A stretch of 64,000 bases of DNA from Lama glama (Eukaryota): NCBI GenBank assembly GCA_028534125.1, contig CM052820.1, positions 15,004,001 to 15,068,000 on the forward strand, in the 5' to 3' direction. The translations under genes were made by a program, and so were the position numbers. Position 1 is the first letter of the stretch; each line of letters begins with the position of its first letter. Shown in pieces: positions 58,801 through 64,000 of this stretch. The notes below the pieces were generated by a model that did no database searches, was not told the DNA's origin, and worked only from the letters and a program-made list of their open reading frames with translations.

Positions 58801-61517
58801 AACCTTAGCATTACCCGTCTTGCTGAGCCAGAGAGCAGTCCCAGCCAGGAAACTGCCTCCTTTCCTCTGCAGCCAGATCCTGCATAGGCTTCCTCGAGAA
58901 CCCTGAAGTCCTCTTGCTGTTGATCCCAATCAAGAAATTTTTCCATGAATTAGTCTGATACTGAGCTGCTTGCCTAGCTGCCCCGGACCAGGATCTGTCA
59001 CTGGGCAGGGACTGGTGGGGGGTGGGCAAAAGGAGGAGGAGGAAGCCACACTCACCCAGTCCTCCCACATCACCAAAGCAGAGCCCCTCCCTTGCCAATC
59101 ATGTAGGAGGGGTGTAGTAGTTAAGCATGTGGTTCTTTGCAGTGGGACAGACTCAGGCTTCCATTGTGCCTTGTCACTTCCTATCAGTACAATTAAGATG
59201 CTTCATTTAATCCCTCTGGGTCTCAGTTTCCCAAGGGTTGCTGCAGGCCTTAAATGATATATCAAAGGATATGTAGCATATTGCCTGCCACATAGCAGCA
59301 TAGTTCACACTATTATAAATTACAACTAAGAATGATTACCAATTAATTATAAAGCTGCTCTTGGGGCAAAGAGCTTACCAGTATGAAAAGCTCTCAAATG
59401 TGACTTGCAGCAGCCCAACCTTCTTCCTGTTTTAACATGACTGGCCCCCAATCCAGTCCCCCAGCACCCAGGGTCCTTCCCTTACCCCAGCCTTTCAAAC
59501 ATGCTGTTCCACCAGAGCAGCCTGGAGACTGTCCTCTTGGCCTCTGTCTAGGTATGTCCAGCCAGGGCTCAGCTCTGCTGACCACACCATCCATATTACA
59601 GAGGGGCTAGGGGGCTCTGGCATCCTGTCACTCCACACTTTGGGGGACCAGGGCAGGCTAGGAGTTTCTCATCTTCAGAAAGGCCAGGGCTGGGCTACTC
59701 TCCATACAATGGACAGCTCCCCCTCCCTTTTTGCTCTCCTCTGTCTAGAACTTAAGTGGTAAAATGCCCCCAGAGTCCAAACCAAGGGAATGGGTGCTTA
59801 GTTTTAGGATGGCCATAACTAGTTGTTTGTCTTTTGGTGGATCTCCCTCTGCTCTGGACCACGGTGTCCTGACCTGTCAAAGACAGTGTGTGGACCTGCA
59901 CTTCTCCGTGGTCCTTTCCAGCTCTAAACAGACATGATGACACCATACTCCTTCTCGTGGCTTCCTCCCCCTGCCCTAAAATCTCTTTCCTCCAAGTTGT
60001 ATTCTCATCAATTTATCTATTGTGTCCTTTGATTTATGTTCTGTTTCCAGTCCCCTTTGCTTCTGAGGGCACCAGAGCGAAGATTCCCCAAGAAGTACAG
60101 TCCTTCCCCAGCTCAGAGCTCAGCCCCATGCCCTGACCCAAGGCCGGGAAATTCTGTACCTGGTTAGGTATGAGGCCAACTAAGAGAAGCCAGCCTTGGC
60201 CCTCTCTATCACTGAAGAGGAAGGTGAGCGGGGCAGGGCTAGGGAGAAAGTGGAGATGCTGACATAAGGAGGCTGAGCTCCTGCTCCATCTTCTGATATG
60301 GCTGCACCTGGGGCTTTCTTAGCCCTCCAGCAGCTGAGTTCCTTCATGCCTGCGTCTCCTCCTCAGCCTCCAGGGGTGTACCCCCTACATGAGTCTACCT
60401 GGCTGTAGTGAGAATCCCCTCTTGAAAATGCCCAGGAAAGACTCAGTGACCTCCTGCTCTTTGCCATCTACCCCAGCTGCAGCCTGCTTCCTTGGAATTC
60501 TATTTTTTAAGACTCAGTCTGCTGAGGTTCTGTCTTGAGCCTAGAGAAGAACTGGCTTAGGGGCTGAGGGAGTCAAAAAGGAAGCCCAAACACTGACCCA
60601 GGGAGACTCAGCCCTGGCCTGCACCCATAGCAGCCTCAGCAGGACCTTGAGCCCCACGCCGTCTCATGCCCCACCCCTTCTGCCTCAGACCATCATTTAC
60701 CCTTTCACATGCAAACTTGGTACTCTACTCTGTAGGCAGGGGCCCATGCACCGGCCTGAGCATCCCCCTTCCATGCCTTCTGAACCTTCAGGTAGGCATG
60801 GCCCAGGCACTTTCCATGCAAACTCCACAAACCCCGTCCCTCATCTGCTGTTACCACCAGACCCCTGCCCAGCCTGTACGTGCACACACACATGCACACA
60901 TGCACCGCATGCTTGTGTGTGGATTCTCAACCTCTCACCTCCATACACGCCTGGGAGCCCACAGTCCTAGCTCTATTCCTGATGCTCTGCACCCTGTTCA
61001 TATTTATCCACTGACTGGCCTCTTCCAACCAGCCTGCTGCTGACCACACCAACCTACCCCAGCAATGGATTGCAAGGACTTCTGACTCATCCCCTCAGCA
61101 TTGCCACCAGACCAGAGGAGCCAGCCCCCTCCTTCAGACATGCACTCACCTGTAAGGGACTAATCAGGAATCTTAAGTCTGAATTATTGGAGCAGATGAA
61201 TACAATTTCCCCAAGAGGCCTCTCTTGATAGGGAAACTAGGAGGGCTCACACTACCCAATAACCAGAGAGGCCTGAATGGCCTGCTTATCAAATGCTGAC
61301 CCTTGACCTCTGACATTCCTATAGGGAGCCTCTCTACCTTGACACCCCTTTCCCTGCACTTTCCTCTTGAAGGGCACTTCTGAGTCAGCACAGCTGAGAA
61401 GCCAGAGCATCTGGGAAGAAGGCTGGATGAACAGGTACCTCCCCAGTGTGGTCCAGGCCACTCTTCTCTACCTCTGAGCCCCCTCCCCGCCAGGCTTGGC
61501 CTCCACCTCCCCATTAC

Positions 61518-61896
61518 CTCCGACTTCCAGCACTGTGAGAACAGCCTCGCAGGAGGCCTGGCCCCGATCATTCTGGGCCCTGCAGCTGTACATGCCGGCA
61601 TCCTGCGCCCCGCAGCTCCGCAGCCACAGGCAGCTGGGCTCAGGGGCCGGCGGGGGCAGGAGCTGCCCATCCCGGAACCAGCTGAGACGGGGCTGGGGCG
61701 TCCCGCTCACCACCACCCGCAGTCGCACGTCGCTGCCCGCAGACACCGCCGCGTCCTTCAGGGGCCGCAGGAAGACCGGCGCCCCGGCCACCGCCCCTCC
61801 GCCGGCCCCCACTTTGGCCCTCTTCGGGGGCACCCCGGGGCTTGGGGGTGCCCTCGTGCCCGTGTCCTCTCCTCGCGTGCCCCGGGCTTTCTGCAT
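61518..61896 (-). CDS. SPEG: SPEG exon 1 CDS (N-terminus, first Ig domain)
   Basis: MQKARG...[11 protein letters not shown], donor G|gtaatg, 379 nt. Confidence 0.95.
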
Positions 61897-62075
61897 GGCC
61901 TCTACGAGTTGGGCTGGGGGGACGCTGGAACTGGACGGCCACGGGGGCACCCGGGGGATGTTGCCCTGGGAGATGAGTCCTGGGGGGCCGGCGCCCTGCC
62001 TTCCTGCTGCCCGCCCGCCTTCGGCCTGTGCTACCCAGAAGGTCACCAGGGCGGCTGGTGGTTGCGCCTCGGGGG

Positions 62076-62085
62076 CTATTTTTAG
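62076..62085 (-). promoter_or_regulatory. Perfect MEF2 site (CTAAAAATAG) in the SPEG upstream promoter/CpG-rich region
   Basis: Matches YTA(A/T)4TAR, about 180 nt upstream of the ATG; AGGTCA half-site at 62040-62045. Confidence 0.7.
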
Positions 62086-62589
62086 GCCCCCCGGCTCGGG
62101 TTGCGAGGGAGCTGTGGAGGGAGGGGGCAGCAGAGGAGGGGACTTGGACACCACTCGGCTCCTTGTCCCCCCTCTAAGAGCCCCCATCGCCCTCCTTGGC
62201 CTGAATGGGTCCCTAAGGACTTGTTCCAAGCCCCCTACCCTGCGGTGTGCCCCGCCTCTAAGCCACCCACTTGGGGAGTCAGGTTACCCTTGGGCTCAAT
62301 CCCACTTCCCTTCCTCCCTCCTCTCAGGCCCTGATTCCCAGCCCCACGTGGCTCTGGGAGAGGGAAAGGAGGTCCTGGGTGAGATATCAGAGAGGCAGAT
62401 GAGCAGGCAGGCTCAAGTGAAGATGAGCAGACCCTGGGGAAGAGGGACCAGTGGCCTCCCACAGCCTCCATGGCAGCCGTGGTCAACAGTAAGACCAGGA
62501 GCAGGGAGTCAGATGGATTTGGCTCCCAGCAAGTCCTGCCCTTCCTTGAGTGACATCAAATCTCTCTCAACCTTCAAATCCTCGTTTGT

Positions 62590-62925
62590 CTAAATGAGTT
62601 GTTGTATAGAATTGCAACAGGGAGAGGAAAGTAGGAAGGACGTTCCAGGCAGAGGGAACAGCAAAATCAGTAGGTGATGTTTTCTGAGAATCAGAGGAAT
62701 TTGGAGGGACTGAACCACAGTGGGGTGAGGTGGGTGGAGGTGAGAAGTGGGGCCTGAAAAGAGGGCTTTGCTTGCTAAGGTCCCTATCCTGATGGCCATC
62801 CGGGGCCACTGCAGGGCGTTCAGCAGTAGAATAACATGGTTAGACCTGTGTTTTAGAAGGATCGTTCTAGCAGCCACAGTGTGGAGGGTGGGTTGGAGAT
62901 AGGAGAGTTGCAGGCCAGTTAGACC
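62590..62925 (-). mobile_element. L2 fragment (others at about 28400-28960 and 40600-40900)
   Basis: GTTCCAGGCAGAGGGAACAGC...GTTTTAGAAGGATCGTTCTAGCAGC, typical of L2. Confidence 0.6.
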
Positions 62926-63114
62926 TGCAGTTCTCAAAGTATAGCCTCTGTTAAAAGTACAGATTCCCAAGCTCTACTCTGAGGTGCAGATTCAGTATAG
63001 GGGCTAGGAGGGTTTAGGAATCTGCACATAAATAGCCCAGTGACTCCAATGCATTTAAGAGCTGTACTTTGAGAAACATCAGGATAGGACATTACTGCTT
63101 TTAAAAGTCCAAGT

Positions 63115-63425
63115 AAGACTTTTGTGATGGGACAGTTCTGTATCTTGAGTCTGGTGGTCACATGAATCTACACATGTAATAAAATTGTATTGAACTAAAT
63201 ACACACACGCAAACAAGCATTAATGAATGCATGCAAACTGGTAAAATCTAAAGAAGGTGGTGGACTATGTCAATGGCAATTTCCTAGTTGTGATATGGTA
63301 TTATGGTTATGTAAGATGTTACTACTGGGGGAAACCAGGTAAAAGATACACAGTATCTCTCTGTGTTGTTTCTTATAACTGCATGTGAACCTAAAGTTAT
63401 CTCAAAATAAAAGTTTTTTTTTTAA
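63115..63425 (+). mobile_element. Old L1 (L1M-type) 3' end fragment
   Basis: L1 3'UTR-like sequence ending CTCAAAATAAAAG; flanking AAAAGTCCA direct repeats at about 63103 and 63426. Confidence 0.7.
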
Positions 63426-63883
63426 AAAAGTCCAGGTGAGAGACCTAGCCCTGATGTTGAACCCTAGGGGATGAAGCCTGGGAAGAGCAGAGAGGAGCCA
63501 AAGGAGGAGCCAGCAGTCATTAGGAGATGGAGAAAGTTACCCTTATCCCCCATCATCATTCTGAAAGGCCCAAGTCAAAGTGTTTGTGTGTGCATGGAGA
63601 GGGCAGAGTTATACACTGAATTATATCTATAGTGTCCAAGAGCCTTAACGAATGACATCTTTGATTTTAGTTTGCATACATTAAAGCTTACTCTTTGTGA
63701 TGTGCTGTTCTCCTGGTTTTGACAAATGCAGAGAACTGCATCTGCTACTCCAGGATCATACAGGACAATCTCATCACCCTGAAGATTGCCTGAGCATCCC
63801 CTTTGTTGTCAGACATACCCCACCCGCCAACCCCTGACAACCACTGATGCTGAACTGAACTCTTAAATGTAAACTGAATTCTA

Positions 63884-64000
63884 GGGGGGAGGGTGTAGCT
63901 CAAGTGGTAGAGTGTATGCTTAGCATGCACAGGGTCTTGGGTTCAATCCCCGTACCTCCTCTAAAAATAAATAAATAGACCTACTAATTACCTACCCCCC
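63884..64000 (+). mobile_element. tRNA-derived camelid-type SINE (Vic-1-like), truncated by window end
   Basis: GGGGGGAGGGTGTAGCTCAAGTGGTAGAG...GGTTCAATCCCC...AAATAAATAAAT. Confidence 0.85.

Larger units (their letters stand above)
6935..61896 (-). other. SPEG: SPEG gene span (ATG to approximate polyA site), 41 exons; striated muscle preferentially expressed protein kinase, SPEG-beta full-length form
   Basis: Phase-consistent chain of exons from [11 protein letters not shown] (61896) to RSYPGNP* (7798); Ig, FnIII and two kinase domains; parts of exons 3, 4 and 32 fall in N gaps. Confidence 0.98.

Noticed and set aside
61496-62593. 365-aa plus-strand ORF antisense to SPEG exon 1
   Set aside because: GC-rich CpG-island shadow with low-complexity translation.
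63884-63962. tRNA gene (also 18820-18905)
   Set aside because: A and B boxes are present, but A-rich tails, a TSD and degenerate stems indicate SINE retrocopies.
1-64000. CRISPR arrays, operons or other prokaryotic defence systems
   Set aside because: Clearly intron-rich mammalian DNA; the only tandem repeats are microsatellites.

Overview
Mammalian genomic DNA, most likely a camelid because it carries tRNA-derived Vic-1-like SINEs at 18820-18905 and 63884-64000. All genes are on the minus strand. In transcriptional order: (1) the complete 41-exon SPEG gene (ATG 61896, stop 7798), encoding Ig/FnIII repeats plus two Ser/Thr kinase domains, with its nested APEG-1/SPEG-alpha promoter and APEG-1 terminal exon; (2) SPEGNB (IQ motif plus 2 Ig domains), which here carries at least six disabling lesions and looks like a unitary pseudogene; (3) the promoter and first three exons of GMPPA, which runs off the left end. 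Exon boundaries were read by hand from splice dinucleotides and phase continuity. Gene identities rest on my recollection of the human proteins, not on a database search. Best finds: loss of SPEGNB, a SINE insertion whose target-site duplication duplicated the 5' splice site of SPEG exon 28, a U12-type intron in kinase domain 1, and a QKI/UG-rich element at the APEG-1 versus full-length SPEG switch. No prokaryote-type systems (CRISPR, operons) are present.
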